Positions 20,479 to 35,391 of a DNA stretch of 64,000 nucleotides are shown here, piece by piece. Within the stretch, counting starts at the first letter, position 1, and each line of letters opens with the position of its first letter. The notes beneath the pieces were generated by a model, which saw only the letters and a list, made by a program, of their open reading frames with translations, did not search any database and was not told the origin of the DNA. The position numbers and the translations under genes are program-made. This stretch comes from a bacterium (lineage in GTDB: Bacteria; Electryoneota; Electryoneia; Electryoneales; Electryoneaceae). The stretch covers positions 3,264,001 to 3,328,000 of the forward strand of contig CAXXKJ010000002.1 of the NCBI GenBank assembly GCA_963675295.2, written 5' to 3'.

Positions 20479-20606
20479 TGCCCGTGTCTGCTTGCAGACG
20501 CGGACCAACCGTGCCTCCATCACGAGTCGTGCCCGTGTCTGCTTGCAGACGCGGACCAACCGCGACTCCAACAAGAGTCGTGTCCATACCGGCTTGCCCC
20601 CGCGGA
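20479..20606 (+). repeat. Tandem 51-bp units carrying a REP-like hairpin (two conserved copies, one degenerate)
   Basis: TGCCCGTGTCTGCTTGCAGACGCGGACCAACCG at 20479 and 20530; degenerate third unit at 20581. Confidence 0.85.
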
Positions 20607-21172
20607 TGATCCCCGCCAGCCGAGCGTTCGCGGGCGTCGTGTCCCTGGCTGTTCTTCTCATCCTGACCGGTTGCGCGGGTGTCAAACCGAAGCCGGAATA
20701 CAACCGGAATCGTGCGAACCCACCGGCCACCTCAACCGACACCGGCCGCAAATCCGCCCCACCCTCGGGCCGAATCGACGAACCGGTCTACACCAACCCC
20801 GGCGGCCCGGACAACCTGGACGCAACCATCGAATCGTGGTGGGGCACACCGTACCGGTACGGCGGCAGCCGCAAGGGATCCGGAGTCGACTGCAGCGCCT
20901 ATGTGCAGCAGGTGTACCGCACGGTCTACAACCTCCCGCTCCCCCGCACCGCCGGCGGCCAGTTCAAGCAGGGTTGGGCGGTCAGCAGGGACGAACTCCG
21001 GCGTGGCGATCTCGTCTTCTTCAACACGTCCGGGAAAGGTGTCTCGCACGTCGGCATCTATCTCGGTGGCGGGATGTTCACGCATGCCAGCAGTTCGGAC
21101 GGCGTTACCATCAACCGGCTCAGCGAATCCTACTATACCAAGCGCTACATGGGCGCGCGACGGGTGCAATAG
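20606..21172 (+). CDS. NlpC/P60 (C40) peptidoglycan peptidase lipoprotein
   Basis: Lipobox LTG-C; GTPYRYGG, VDCSAY, GDLVFF, HVGIYLG, HAS, YMGARR. The longer ORF N-terminus is translated repeat DNA. Confidence 0.92.
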   Translation: MIPASRAFAGVVSLAVLLILTGCAGVKPKPEYNRNRANPPATSTDTGRKSAPPSGRIDEPVYTNPGGPDNLDATIESWWGTPYRYGGSRKGSGVDCSAYVQQVYRTVYNLPLPRTAGGQFKQGWAVSRDELRRGDLVFFNTSGKGVSHVGIYLGGGMFTHASSSDGVTINRLSESYYTKRYMGARRVQ

Positions 21173-21175
21173 CCC

Positions 21176-22246
21176 ATGGATCATCGCCAGATACAACGCC
21201 CGACGCTCGTCATTGACGAATCCCAGGTCCGTGCGAACATCCGCTGGATGGCGGCCAGGGCGTGTCAAGCCGGGGTGAGTTTCCGTCCGCACTTCAAGAC
21301 GCACCAATCCGCCGAAGTTGGCGAATGGTTCCGGGATGAGGGCGTGGACCGGATCACAGTGTCGTCCTACTCGATGGCACGCTATTTCGTCAGCCACGGC
21401 TGGTCCGACCTCACCCTCGCCTTCCCGTTGAACCTGCGCGAGCTGGACGAGATTGCTCGGCTGGCGTCCACGATCCAGCTCGGTGTGCTGGTCGATTCAG
21501 TAGACGCGGTGCAGGCGTTGACCGAACGAACGCATGCGCCGCTGCAGGTCTGGATCAAGCTGGACACAGGGTACAGCCGCGCCGGAGTGCGCTGGGATCG
21601 AACGGAACTGCTGATCGACCTCGCGTCACGGATCGCGCAGACCGGCCACCTCCGTTTCGCCGGTCTGTTGACGCACAACGGGCACGCGTATCACGTGCAA
21701 GGTGAAGCGGCCATCCGTGCGATCTACCACGAATCGACTACGCGGATGCTCAGCGCCCGTGCGGCGTTGAACGACGCCGGTTTCGCAGACGTGTGTCTGT
21801 CCACCGGCGACACGCCGTGCTGTAGCGTGGTGGACGATTTCCTCGGCGTGGACGAGATCCGGCCCGGCAACTTCGTCTACTACGACCTGATGCAGACTGC
21901 GATGGGATCATGCCCGGACGAACGTGTGGCGGCGGTGGTGGCGTGCCCCGTGGTGGGTGTGTATCCGGAACGGTCGGAGCTGATCCTCTACGGCGGCGCG
22001 GTGCATCTGTCGAAGGAGTCGATCGATCTGGACGGTCGGCCTGTCAACGGCTGCCTTGCTGAAATGGACGGCGACCGGATCACGACGATCCGCCGTGACG
22101 CGCCCGTAATCAGCCTCTCGCAGGAACACGGCAAGGTGCATCTCCCGCCCGACCTGCTCAGCTCCGTGCGCGTCGGCGATCTGGCCTATGTCGTGCCGGT
22201 TCACTCGTGTTTGGCGGTGAGTTGTTTTTCACCGATCAGTATATGA
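21176..22246 (+). CDS. Fold-type III PLP enzyme (D-serine dehydratase/D-threonine aldolase-like)
   Basis: RPHFKTH, DTGYSRAG, HNGHAY, EIRPGNFVYYD, SQEHG, PVHSC. Confidence 0.88.
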   Translation: MDHRQIQRPTLVIDESQVRANIRWMAARACQAGVSFRPHFKTHQSAEVGEWFRDEGVDRITVSSYSMARYFVSHGWSDLTLAFPLNLRELDEIARLASTIQLGVLVDSVDAVQALTERTHAPLQVWIKLDTGYSRAGVRWDRTELLIDLASRIAQTGHLRFAGLLTHNGHAYHVQGEAAIRAIYHESTTRMLSARAALNDAGFADVCLSTGDTPCCSVVDDFLGVDEIRPGNFVYYDLMQTAMGSCPDERVAAVVACPVVGVYPERSELILYGGAVHLSKESIDLDGRPVNGCLAEMDGDRITTIRRDAPVISLSQEHGKVHLPPDLLSSVRVGDLAYVVPVHSCLAVSCFSPISI

Positions 22247-23165
22247 ATCGTGGAAAATATTTATGTGGTTGTGCGTAGCCATCGACACATATGTCATCAA
22301 TCATCTCAAGAATGGTTTCAACGTAAACAGAGTCAATTCCAAGTTCAGAATGTAGAAATGGCGCATCGATTACAAATTCATCAAGATTGTTAACGATTGA
22401 CGCATAATATCTATTACCATAATGCGATACTGAATCACACTCTTCTTCACTATAGTAGAAGGTAAACAGATTTTTCAATATCATTTGATTATACGGATAA
22501 GTCCTCAATACTTTCTTCTGCAAAACAAAATTACTATTATTTATCAGCCATGTATGCCTGATGAAGAGAAGTGAATCCACCGGAGTGGCGGGATTTATCC
22601 GCAACGCAGTGTGTGCCGGCAATTTTCGCGGATTTATCGTAACCGAATCAGTAATATCTACAGTTGGTTCCAGTTCCAATTTCCATACAGATCCATCATT
22701 TGGAATTGGCAGCAAATCACATGCAAATCTAATTTTATAATTATAGTCACCATTATTATTACTTGATATTATTTTATTGAGGTCACCTTCAGGTAAATTC
22801 CTTATTAGAGTATCACCTGTCTCAACTGATGTAAATAATGCGCTAACATATGGTCTTAATTGACTCCATTTTAATGAATCGCCCCACCAAGGACTATTAA
22901 CTTCTGCAGACGGAGCATAGTAGTCAATTCTCATATACGATCGGGTTGTATCCTGTATGTTATCCCATATGATATAATCTGGAAAATCACCATACTCCTC
23001 AGTATAAAATTCTCTTATAGATTGAGGACATAGTTCTGTGTTCGACGGTCCTGCAAAAAATTTTAAAACTAAAACACCTCCATCCTGAAATGGTAATTCC
23101 TGTGCTATCAGAACGCTAGGCAGTATGAATAGAATTACTAGCAATAACCAAACTATCGTTTTCAC
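22236..23165 (-). CDS. AT-rich hypothetical secreted protein
   Basis: GTG start with AGGAG RBS and signal peptide (LIA-Q); spot GC 16/60 at 22741-22800. Confidence 0.75.
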   Translation of the reverse strand: MKTIVWLLLVILFILPSVLIAQELPFQDGGVLVLKFFAGPSNTELCPQSIREFYTEEYGDFPDYIIWDNIQDTTRSYMRIDYYAPSAEVNSPWWGDSLKWSQLRPYVSALFTSVETGDTLIRNLPEGDLNKIISSNNNGDYNYKIRFACDLLPIPNDGSVWKLELEPTVDITDSVTINPRKLPAHTALRINPATPVDSLLFIRHTWLINNSNFVLQKKVLRTYPYNQMILKNLFTFYYSEEECDSVSHYGNRYYASIVNNLDEFVIDAPFLHSELGIDSVYVETILEMIDDICVDGYAQPHKYFPRFIY

Positions 23166-23425
23166 CTTTGATCTCCTTTTATCGCAGCTTTACCACCTAC
23201 TTGTGTTTATTGGGGACAGACGGTAGTTTTTCAGGATTGAAGGAACATCTTTTATACGTATTCCATATTATACTTCAACCCCTACCGAGCTGAGTTAACA
23301 ACTCGATTCGGACTGTTCGCCCGTTGAGCCAATATACTCATTGTACTTCCATCTCCAGCCTCGGTATGCTGGCTTCCGTGCAATTTGTCCCTTCCTCCCA
23401 CTAGCTCTATTTTCGGCTGAATCCC

Positions 23426-23453
23426 GTCCGCGTTGGGCAAGCCAACGCGGGCA
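23426..23453 (-). repeat. REP-like hairpin family member
   Basis: Reverse complement TGCCCGCGTTGGCTTGCCCAACGCGGAC aligns with the 20479 unit. Confidence 0.65.
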
Positions 23454-23504
23454 AGACGACATGCTGCAACACGGACACGACCCGCATCACCCCGGAGCGT
23501 TTTC

Positions 23505-23625
23505 ATGGCGGACGACACCCGCAAACGATACCTCGAGTTGAGTGAAGAAATCCGGCGTCACCATCAACCAGCTCAACGAATCCTATTAAAAAACGAGGTA
23601 TGTCGGAGCGAAACGGTTTAGGTGA
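23505..23625 (+). pseudogene. Chimeric remnant: ligA 5' fragment fused to nlpC/P60 3' fragment
   Basis: 23505-23561 matches ligA 25941-25997 at 54/57 nt. 23554-23625 is colinear with nlpC 21101-21172 (GVTINQLNESY*KTRYVGAKRFR* versus GVTINRLSESYYTKRYMGARRVQ*). Confidence 0.88.
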
Positions 23626-23693
23626 ACGACTGCCAATGCATTCACGCTCCGATGAGCTAACATTCGGGTTTTGTCTCGACTCTGAAGACAGGA

Positions 23694-27989
<4,296 letters not shown>

Positions 27990-28186
27990 CCATGCCCCAA
28001 ACATTCATGTCTGGGGTCATCCGCACATGCAAACGTGCCCCTGATGGCTTCGCCAGCAGGGATTATCAACCGCCGGTTAAGCCGCGGCAGCGAATAGAAG
28101 CTTCCGCGGGCATCAGCGTTGATCCGCCTCCGGGGAGGGCGTGGCCCGACTTGAGGTGATTTCTCAAGCCGGGTCTCATGTGTGCC

Positions 28187-28220
28187 GACTACGGACTGGG
28201 GACTGGGGACTGGGACTGCG
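28187..28220. repeat. 7-nt tandem array (GACTGGG type)
   Basis: gactacg gactggg gactggg gactgg gactgcg; the reverse complement resembles the CCCCA(A/G)T heptamer. Confidence 0.7.
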
Positions 28221-28225
28221 AGAAC

Positions 28226-29746
28226 TTACCGCACGTCAGCGGTCACATTCCACGTATCTGGTTCGATCCGCAGGGTGAAGTTGGACGGACGCGGTTCGGC
28301 TCTCATGTCCGCAGGCTGTTCCTCCTCTGGCGTATCCACCACGGTCAACGCGAAATGGTGCTGGAACTGGGGGTTGGGGTAATCGCCGACTCGCACGATG
28401 TAGTTGTACCCGCCCAACGGCGCGTCCAGCGGCACGCCCTGGCGAACCGTCGCGGTGATCTGCCCGTTCGCCGGGATCTCGAGATCTGACCACAACGCCA
28501 GCGCGCCACTCAACGACCCGTCCGGCTTGCGCGCCTGCACCCAGACGTCGCGTGTCACCGGCGACGCGGTATTGTTGCGCACCTCGCCATACCAGTAAAA
28601 CACCCCCTGCCGCCGGATGAACAACGGCTGGCGGTAGGCTTCAATGTTGATTTCGACATCAGTCGGCGGGAGCGTAAAATGCGTGACGAAGGCGGACAAC
28701 TGATTGAATAGTTCGTTTCCACATCTTCCACAAACAGCAAATGAGGAGTCGCCAGTGATTTCTACGTCTACCATTCGTTGTTGAAACACAGGTGGATTAC
28801 TGAACTCGTAGCCAAACACATCGATAAGCTGTCCGGATGCATCATACCAATAGATACTGCTGACTTCGGGGTCTGTTTTTTCCACATTTATAATGGAACC
28901 ATCACCCATTTCCAGTGATTGACCATACACCCCTTCACTCATGAACATGAATTGACCTTCATTGTCGAATCTGACAACTCCAATTTGCTCATCATTATTT
29001 CTAATATATCCGTAAACAATATATCCCCCATCCATCAAATAGTCTATATTCTCAGGCGTTACTATTCCTCCCAGATAAACATCTTCACTCCATAAAAATT
29101 GACCATGCCTGTCTATTTTAAATATATATAGATAACTTCCACCTTCAGAGGGAAACACAAAATTATTATCAGTTGTAACTATCACATCATTGACAAGGCT
29201 AAGTTCTGGAAGTGGAACTGTGTATATCCAGATTGTATGACCAAATTTGTCAAGCAAATATAAATCTGTACTATCGTCCAAATACATAATCGGAACAATT
29301 AATTTATTACGATTCGCACCATGAACTTCGCCAATATAACCATCAAAATAGCGCAACCATATAAATTGATAATCTGAACCTAGATATCTAACAGCACCAG
29401 AATCAGTATTAGGGTTTGTTAGTAAAATGAAGTTACCGAGAGAATCTTCTTCAAGGTGAGAACCATATGATATGGAAGAATGGTTGACATGAGACACGTA
29501 ATTGCCATCCAGATCAATCTTGAAAGCCAGGAATCGATAGTCAAAGTATCCAGAATACTCATACCCTACGACTGTCAATCGTTGATCAGATGTAAGATCG
29601 AGAGAGTTTGCAGAACTCTCGGGGATGAAATCTTCATTGAAGGCGTATTCCCAATCGGTCGTCAGTTGAGCAAGTCCTGAACTCGTTACCATAAAGCAGA
29701 GTAGAATCCCGACAAGGAGTGTTGCGGACAAACGTGAGGATTTCAT
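28226..29746 (-). CDS. Secreted beta-propeller-like protein with C-terminal Ig-like domain and no YPNPFN CTD
   Basis: Signal peptide MKSSRLS...GLA-Q; repeated KIDxxG..W motifs; GC-rich C-terminal domain (QGVPLDAPLGGYNYIVRVGDYP). Confidence 0.8.
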   Translation of the reverse strand: MKSSRLSATLLVGILLCFMVTSSGLAQLTTDWEYAFNEDFIPESSANSLDLTSDQRLTVVGYEYSGYFDYRFLAFKIDLDGNYVSHVNHSSISYGSHLEEDSLGNFILLTNPNTDSGAVRYLGSDYQFIWLRYFDGYIGEVHGANRNKLIVPIMYLDDSTDLYLLDKFGHTIWIYTVPLPELSLVNDVIVTTDNNFVFPSEGGSYLYIFKIDRHGQFLWSEDVYLGGIVTPENIDYLMDGGYIVYGYIRNNDEQIGVVRFDNEGQFMFMSEGVYGQSLEMGDGSIINVEKTDPEVSSIYWYDASGQLIDVFGYEFSNPPVFQQRMVDVEITGDSSFAVCGRCGNELFNQLSAFVTHFTLPPTDVEINIEAYRQPLFIRRQGVFYWYGEVRNNTASPVTRDVWVQARKPDGSLSGALALWSDLEIPANGQITATVRQGVPLDAPLGGYNYIVRVGDYPNPQFQHHFALTVVDTPEEEQPADMRAEPRPSNFTLRIEPDTWNVTADVR

Positions 29747-29968
29747 CGGATACTCCGCGTTGAAGCTTGACAGTTCATTGAGCACATCAGATACACTACT
29801 CGACGGTTTAATATACGCCCGGTCTGGCACGACTGTGCGTGTCTTCCTGCATCTGATGGATGAAAATCTCGGTGCTCGTGCAATGCGGGCCAGCAAATCC
29901 ATCCCGGAGCTGGTTTTGCCTTCCGTTCACGCGCCGCACAGCTCAGGAGGGCGCGGTGTGAAAGCGGA

Positions 29969-29997
29969 TTGCGTGCGTTTGAGGCGCTGGTTATCTT
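29969..29997 (+). promoter_or_regulatory. Putative sigma70 promoter of the efp-acc-gcv operon
   Basis: TTGCGT-N17-TATCTT. Confidence 0.45.
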
Positions 29998-30042
29998 CGG
30001 GGATGCAAAAAATCTACGTAAACCAGAAAGTTTGAGGGATCC

Positions 30043-30606
30043 ATGGCGTCCACCGCTGATTTCCGCAACGGCATGGTGTTCAAGTTCAAGGACGATCTGT
30101 ACCAGATCGTGGAATTCCAGCATGTCAAGCCGGGCAAGGGCGGCGCGTTTGTCCGCACCAAGTTGAAGAACGTTGTCAGCGGCAAGGTGATTGACAATAC
30201 GTTCCGTTCGGGAGAGAAGGTTGACGAAGTCCGTCTCGAGGCCCGCACGATGCAGTACCTGTACCTGGAAGGTGAGGATCACGTCTTCATGGACAACGAG
30301 ACCTACGACCAGGTACACATGACGGGTGAAAGCCTTGGCGACAGCGTGACCAAGTACCTCAAGGAAGGGATCGACTACAAGGTCCTGTTCAATGAGGGCG
30401 CGCCGTTGCTGGTGGAAACGCCGAACTTCATGGAGCTCGAGATCACGCATGCCGAGCCGGGCGAAAAGGGCGACCGTGTCAGCGCGGCTACCAAGCCGGC
30501 GACACTGGAGACCGGTGCGGTGGTACAGGTGCCGTTGTTTGTCAACCAGGGTGAGATTATCAAGGTTGACACGCGTACGGACGAATACCTTGAACGTGTC
30601 CGATAG
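30043..30606 (+). CDS. efp: Elongation factor P
   Basis: HVKPGKGGAFVRTK, KPATLETGAVVQVPLF. Confidence 0.97.
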   Translation: MASTADFRNGMVFKFKDDLYQIVEFQHVKPGKGGAFVRTKLKNVVSGKVIDNTFRSGEKVDEVRLEARTMQYLYLEGEDHVFMDNETYDQVHMTGESLGDSVTKYLKEGIDYKVLFNEGAPLLVETPNFMELEITHAEPGEKGDRVSAATKPATLETGAVVQVPLFVNQGEIIKVDTRTDEYLERVR

Positions 30607-30659
30607 CTCATTGTATTGATTGTTACTAGCAGAGGCCGCAACGCGGCATAACGGAGGGC

Positions 30660-31148
30660 GTGATGAACTACGCCGAAGTCCGGAAGCTTGTCAAGCTGGT
30701 CGAATCCAGCAAGATTCATGAATTGGAATTGGAAGAAAAGGGAACCCGGATCCGTGTGAGCAAGGGATCGGGGGACGAGGTTGTGGTGCAGGCCGCGCCG
30801 CAGGCGGTTGCGGTTCCCGCCACGCCGGCTCCGGCCCCTGTCGCGGCTCCGGCTGCTGCCCCGGCCGCTCCGGCTGCGGAAGCACCGGCCGCTCCCGAGA
30901 AGAAATACCACGAGATCACCAGCCCGATGGTTGGCACCTTCTACCGTGCCCCGGCCCCGGACGCTGACCCGTTTGTCAAGGAAGGTCAGTCGGTCAGCGC
31001 CGGCCAGACGCTGTGCATTGTCGAAGCGATGAAGCTGATGAACGAGATCGAGAGCGACGTCGCCGGCAAGGTTGTCTCCATTGATGTGGAGAACGCAACG
31101 CCGGTGGAGTTTGGGCAAGTCTTGATCAAGATCGACACAGCGGGCTGA
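30660..31148 (+). CDS. accB: Biotin carboxyl carrier protein
   Basis: Ala/Pro linker, [17 protein letters not shown]. Confidence 0.96.
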   Translation: MMNYAEVRKLVKLVESSKIHELELEEKGTRIRVSKGSGDEVVVQAAPQAVAVPATPAPAPVAAPAAAPAAPAAEAPAAPEKKYHEITSPMVGTFYRAPAPDADPFVKEGQSVSAGQTLCIVEAMKLMNEIESDVAGKVVSIDVENATPVEFGQVLIKIDTAG

Positions 31149-31152
31149 TATC

Positions 31153-32508
<1,356 letters not shown>

Positions 32509-32525
32509 CAAGGTGGAGGCGTATT

Positions 32526-32906
32526 ATGGCCAGCATCCCGCAAGACCTGAAGTACACCGAAGAACACGAGTGGGTGCGCGTCGAGGGGGACACCGCAACG
32601 ATAGGCGTGACCGACTTCGCACAAGGTGAACTCGGGGATGTGGTATTCCTGGAATTGCCGGAAACCGGCGATGAGTTCAAGCAGGGCGACAGTTTTGGTT
32701 CGATCGAGGCGGTGAAGACGGTTGCCGACCTCTATTCCCCGGTCAGTGGCACGGTTGTCGAGATCAACGAAACGCTGGAAGATGCGCCGGAGACGGTGAA
32801 CGACTCACCGTACGAGGACGGCTGGCTGATCAAACTGAAGCTGTCCGATCCGGGCGAGTTGGATGCGTTGATGGACGCAGAGGCCTACGCACAGCATATT
32901 GAGTAG
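32526..32906 (+). CDS. gcvH: Glycine cleavage system H protein
   Basis: YTEEHEW, GVTDFAQ, IEAVKTV (lipoyl Lys), NDSPYEDGW. Confidence 0.96.
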   Translation: MASIPQDLKYTEEHEWVRVEGDTATIGVTDFAQGELGDVVFLELPETGDEFKQGDSFGSIEAVKTVADLYSPVSGTVVEINETLEDAPETVNDSPYEDGWLIKLKLSDPGELDALMDAEAYAQHIE

Positions 32907-32915
32907 GAGTACCCC

Positions 32916-34262
32916 ATGGCCTATGTGCCGCACACCCCGGACCACGTTGCCGAGATGCTGGACGCCATCGGGGTGAAGAAGTTTGAAGATCTGATCCACG
33001 CGATTCCAGATGGCATCCGTCTCGACAACGGCCTTCCCATGCCGAAGGGACTGTCCGAACTGGAAGTCGGCCGGAAACTGCAGCAGATTGGCGCGAAGAA
33101 CGCCACAGCGGTGAACTCGCTGAACTTCCTCGGTGGTGGCAGTTACGATCACTTCATCCCGGCCGGAGTCGGCGCGATTACCTCGCGCAGCGAATTCTAC
33201 ACCGCCTACACTCCGTACCAGCCGGAAGTCGCCCAGGGCACGCTGCAGGCGATTTACGAGTACCAGTCGGTGATCTGCGACATCACCGGGATGGATGTCT
33301 CCAACGCCAGCGTTTACGACGGCCCGACGGCAGTCACCGAAGCGATGCTGCTCGCGTTACGTGCAGCGAAGAAACGCACACAGGTGGTGGTGTCGGACGG
33401 TCTCCATCCGCACGCGATGAAGATCATGCGTACCTACGCCGAAATTGGTGGGTATGAGCTGCACACGGTTCCGCTTGGTGATGATGGCCGCACCAACATG
33501 GAACTGCTTAAGCACACGCTCGGCGACAATTCCGCCGTGGTCATCTTCCAGCAGCCGAACTTCTTCGGCGTGCTCGAGGATGCGAAGGGCATCGTCGACC
33601 TGGGCCACAAGGCAGGTGCGTTGGCGGTCAGCAGCGTCTACCCGGTCAGCCTGGGTCTGGTGCAGCCTCCGGGCGAATATGACGCCGACATCACGGTCGG
33701 AGAAGGCCAGAGCCTCGGCAACGCGATGGGCTTCGGCGGACCGTACCTCGGTATTCTGGCGGCGAAGAAGGAACTGATCCGTCAGCTGCCCGGCCGGATC
33801 GCGGGCCAGACGGTCGACAAGGACGGTCTCCGCGGCTATGTGCTCACGCTGCAAACCCGTGAACAGCATATCCGGCGTGGCAAGGCGACCTCAAACATCT
33901 GCACCAACCAGGGCCTGAACGCGCTCGCGGCGCTGGTGCACCTCGCACTACTCGGCAAGCAGGGCTTCAAGGATGTCGCGCAGCTGAGCTACGACAAGGC
34001 GCACTACCTGCACGATCAGTTGCTGGAAAAAACACGCTTCGGCATGGCATACGACATGCCGTTCTTCAACGAGTTCGTGCTGACGACACCGATTCCGGCG
34101 GTTGAAGTGGTCGACCGCATGCTCGAGCAGAACATCCTGGCGGGGATCCGTCTCGATCGCTTCTACCCGGACCGTGAAAACCAACTCCTGGTCGCGGTGA
34201 CGGAGAAGCGCACGAAAGACGAGATGGACCGCTTCGTCGAAGCGATGGCGGAGATTGGGTAG
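32916..34262 (+). CDS. gcvPA: Glycine dehydrogenase subunit 1
   Basis: FYTAYTPYQPE, LQTREQHIRRGKATSNICTNQ. Confidence 0.96.
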   Translation: MAYVPHTPDHVAEMLDAIGVKKFEDLIHAIPDGIRLDNGLPMPKGLSELEVGRKLQQIGAKNATAVNSLNFLGGGSYDHFIPAGVGAITSRSEFYTAYTPYQPEVAQGTLQAIYEYQSVICDITGMDVSNASVYDGPTAVTEAMLLALRAAKKRTQVVVSDGLHPHAMKIMRTYAEIGGYELHTVPLGDDGRTNMELLKHTLGDNSAVVIFQQPNFFGVLEDAKGIVDLGHKAGALAVSSVYPVSLGLVQPPGEYDADITVGEGQSLGNAMGFGGPYLGILAAKKELIRQLPGRIAGQTVDKDGLRGYVLTLQTREQHIRRGKATSNICTNQGLNALAALVHLALLGKQGFKDVAQLSYDKAHYLHDQLLEKTRFGMAYDMPFFNEFVLTTPIPAVEVVDRMLEQNILAGIRLDRFYPDRENQLLVAVTEKRTKDEMDRFVEAMAEIG

Positions 34263-34291
34263 CACCTGGCAACACAACATTGATGATACCT

Positions 34292-34324
34292 GAGCGGCTT
34301 CGTTGATTCTCAACGAAGCCGCTT
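34292..34324. terminator. Long hairpin after gcvPA (probable terminator)
   Basis: GAGCGGCTTCGTTGA-TTC-TCAACGAAGCCGCTT. Confidence 0.65.
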
Positions 34325-34452
34325 CTCATTGTCCCAGTTGATCGGTCACAATGGACCTCTCCCCTTTTACTCACGCCATTTCCGCGCTACTTTGTGATGG
34401 AGCGAAGCGGGCAGTACCGTCCGCCCGGACGGAAACGGAAGGAGGGGAATCC

Positions 34453-35220
34453 ATGCCACCTATCGGACTTATTGTCGCAGTTGTTATCGGCCTGTTGATT
34501 TTAGTCAGCGCGATCAAGGTGGTGCGTGAGTATGACCGTCTGGTCGTGTTCCGTCTTGGACGTCTGGTTGGTGAGAAAGGGCCGGGGATCGTGTTCATCA
34601 TCCCGGTCATCGACTCGGTGATGCGCATTTCGACACGAATCCAGGTGTTCGACGTGCAGCCGCAGGACCTGTTGACGAAGGACAACGTCAGCGTGCAGGT
34701 CAACGCGGTGGTGTATTTCCGCGTGGTCGATCCGGCACGCGCGGTGGTCAGCGCGGAGAATTTCTACCAGGCGACGGTTCAGATCGCGCAGACCACACTC
34801 CGTGCCACGGTCGGTGAGATCTCGTTGCAGGTGCTGTTGGATGACCTCGCAACGGTGAACGCTCGTTTGCAGGAGATCATTGACGAGCACACGGACGCGT
34901 GGGGCGTGAAGGTTTCGACGGTGGAGATCAAGCACGTCGACCTGCCGATGGACATGAAGCGTGTGATGGCGGCGGAAGCCGAGGCGGATCGTACTCGTCG
35001 TGCGAAGATTGTTGCCGCAGACGGCGAATTCCAGGCGGCGAAACGGCTGACCGAAGCCGGCGCGTTGATGGCGACCGAACCGATCTCGGTGACGTTGCGT
35101 TACTTGCAGACACTGGTCGAAGTCGCGGCGGAGAATAATTCGACGACGTTATTCCCGGTGCCGATCGACCTGCTCGAGTCGTTCAAGAAGTATGCCGGAC
35201 CGGAGAAGCCGTCCGAATAA
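34453..35220 (+). CDS. SPFH/band-7 (slipin/stomatin) protein
   Basis: N-terminal TM, REYDRLVVFRLG, TKDNV, AQTTLR, LRYLQTL. Confidence 0.93.
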   Translation: MPPIGLIVAVVIGLLILVSAIKVVREYDRLVVFRLGRLVGEKGPGIVFIIPVIDSVMRISTRIQVFDVQPQDLLTKDNVSVQVNAVVYFRVVDPARAVVSAENFYQATVQIAQTTLRATVGEISLQVLLDDLATVNARLQEIIDEHTDAWGVKVSTVEIKHVDLPMDMKRVMAAEAEADRTRRAKIVAADGEFQAAKRLTEAGALMATEPISVTLRYLQTLVEVAAENNSTTLFPVPIDLLESFKKYAGPEKPSE

Positions 35221-35247
35221 CATTCAGACTTGCACTGGATCCACATC

Positions 35248-35278
35248 ACCTGCCGGAGCTGTCTCCGGCAGGTTTTTC
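35248..35278 (+). terminator. Intrinsic terminator
   Basis: ACCTGCCGGAG-CTGT-CTCCGGCAGGT followed by TTTT. Confidence 0.8.
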
Positions 35279-35391
35279 TCTCTGAAATAATTCTACCATC
35301 GATTAATCCGTCATCGCCATGTTTCGGAATGAAACTTGCTAGCTTCTCAATCAGTATCATTTTAACACAAACCCAGAGACAGGGCGTTTCG

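Noticed and set aside
20479-20606. Possible mini CRISPR array (33-bp palindromic repeats)
   Set aside because: The intervening segments are only 18 bp and resemble each other, there are no cas genes, and the same motif occurs dispersed and inverted elsewhere, so it is REP-like.
23505-23625. DGR template/variable repeat pair
   Set aside because: There is no reverse transcriptase, mismatches are not adenine-specific, and the duplicated segments belong to core genes.
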